From: Gonapodya sp. JEL0774
Taxonomy: Eukaryota
Direction: 5' to 3'
DNA: 64,000 nucleotides
Assembly (NCBI GenBank): GCA_027604505.1
Contig: JADIIX010000096.1
Coordinates: forward strand, 1 to 64,000
This document shows, one piece after another, positions 63,801 through 64,000 of the stretch (its first letter is position 1; the number at the start of each line of letters is the position of its first letter). Below the pieces are notes generated by a model, which worked only from the letters and a program-made list of their open reading frames with translations, ran no database searches and was not told the origin of the DNA. The translations under genes were made by a program, and so were the position numbers.

Positions 63801-64000
63801 CGGATTCAAATGCGATCGCGACAAGTGGATGTTGTGGATTGCAGATAAAAGCCAGAAGAATTCCTCTTTGGGCTTGTGCCACGAGCGTGATGCGCAGAGA
63901 TTCGTCAAGAATTCGGATTGCGAAATTTATATGCTCGGCATTACTTTAGTATTAGCGCCTCAACCATCTTCTCTCCTCTCACCATCTCCGATATCAATGA

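Overview
Gene-dense, intron-rich eukaryotic DNA from a fungus. Short GT-AG introns, fungal-type orthologues and a hevein/CBM18-fused copper radical oxidase suggest an early-diverging, probably zoosporic lineage (inference). I can reconstruct about 24 spliced or intronless protein genes, one intron-containing tRNA-Ile(UAU), a decayed SLA2 copy, a probable Crypton relic and a MITE-like element. Conserved genes include WDR48/UAF1, exocyst SEC5, ornithine carbamoyltransferase, MOCS2A, V-ATPase subunit d, glucosylceramide synthase, a YANK/STK32 kinase, an Mcp1-like protein, a Nudix CoA diphosphatase, an Ady2-type transporter and ACBP. The most unusual locus is 16.3-21.8 kb. It holds four tandem copies of an Arc1p/AIMP-type GST-like module with the same three intron positions in each copy. 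They form a tail-anchored single-GST protein immediately followed by a triple-GST protein ending in a degenerate tRNA-binding OB fold, and the two may be joined by alternative splicing. Also notable are a FYVE-like zinc finger fused to an alpha/beta hydrolase, a membrane-anchored CBM18-AA5 oxidase, and a group of PTS1-bearing acyl-CoA-related genes that includes a bacterial-like hydrolase. Gene models were spliced by eye, so boundaries are approximate, and family calls rest on recalled motifs rather than database searches.
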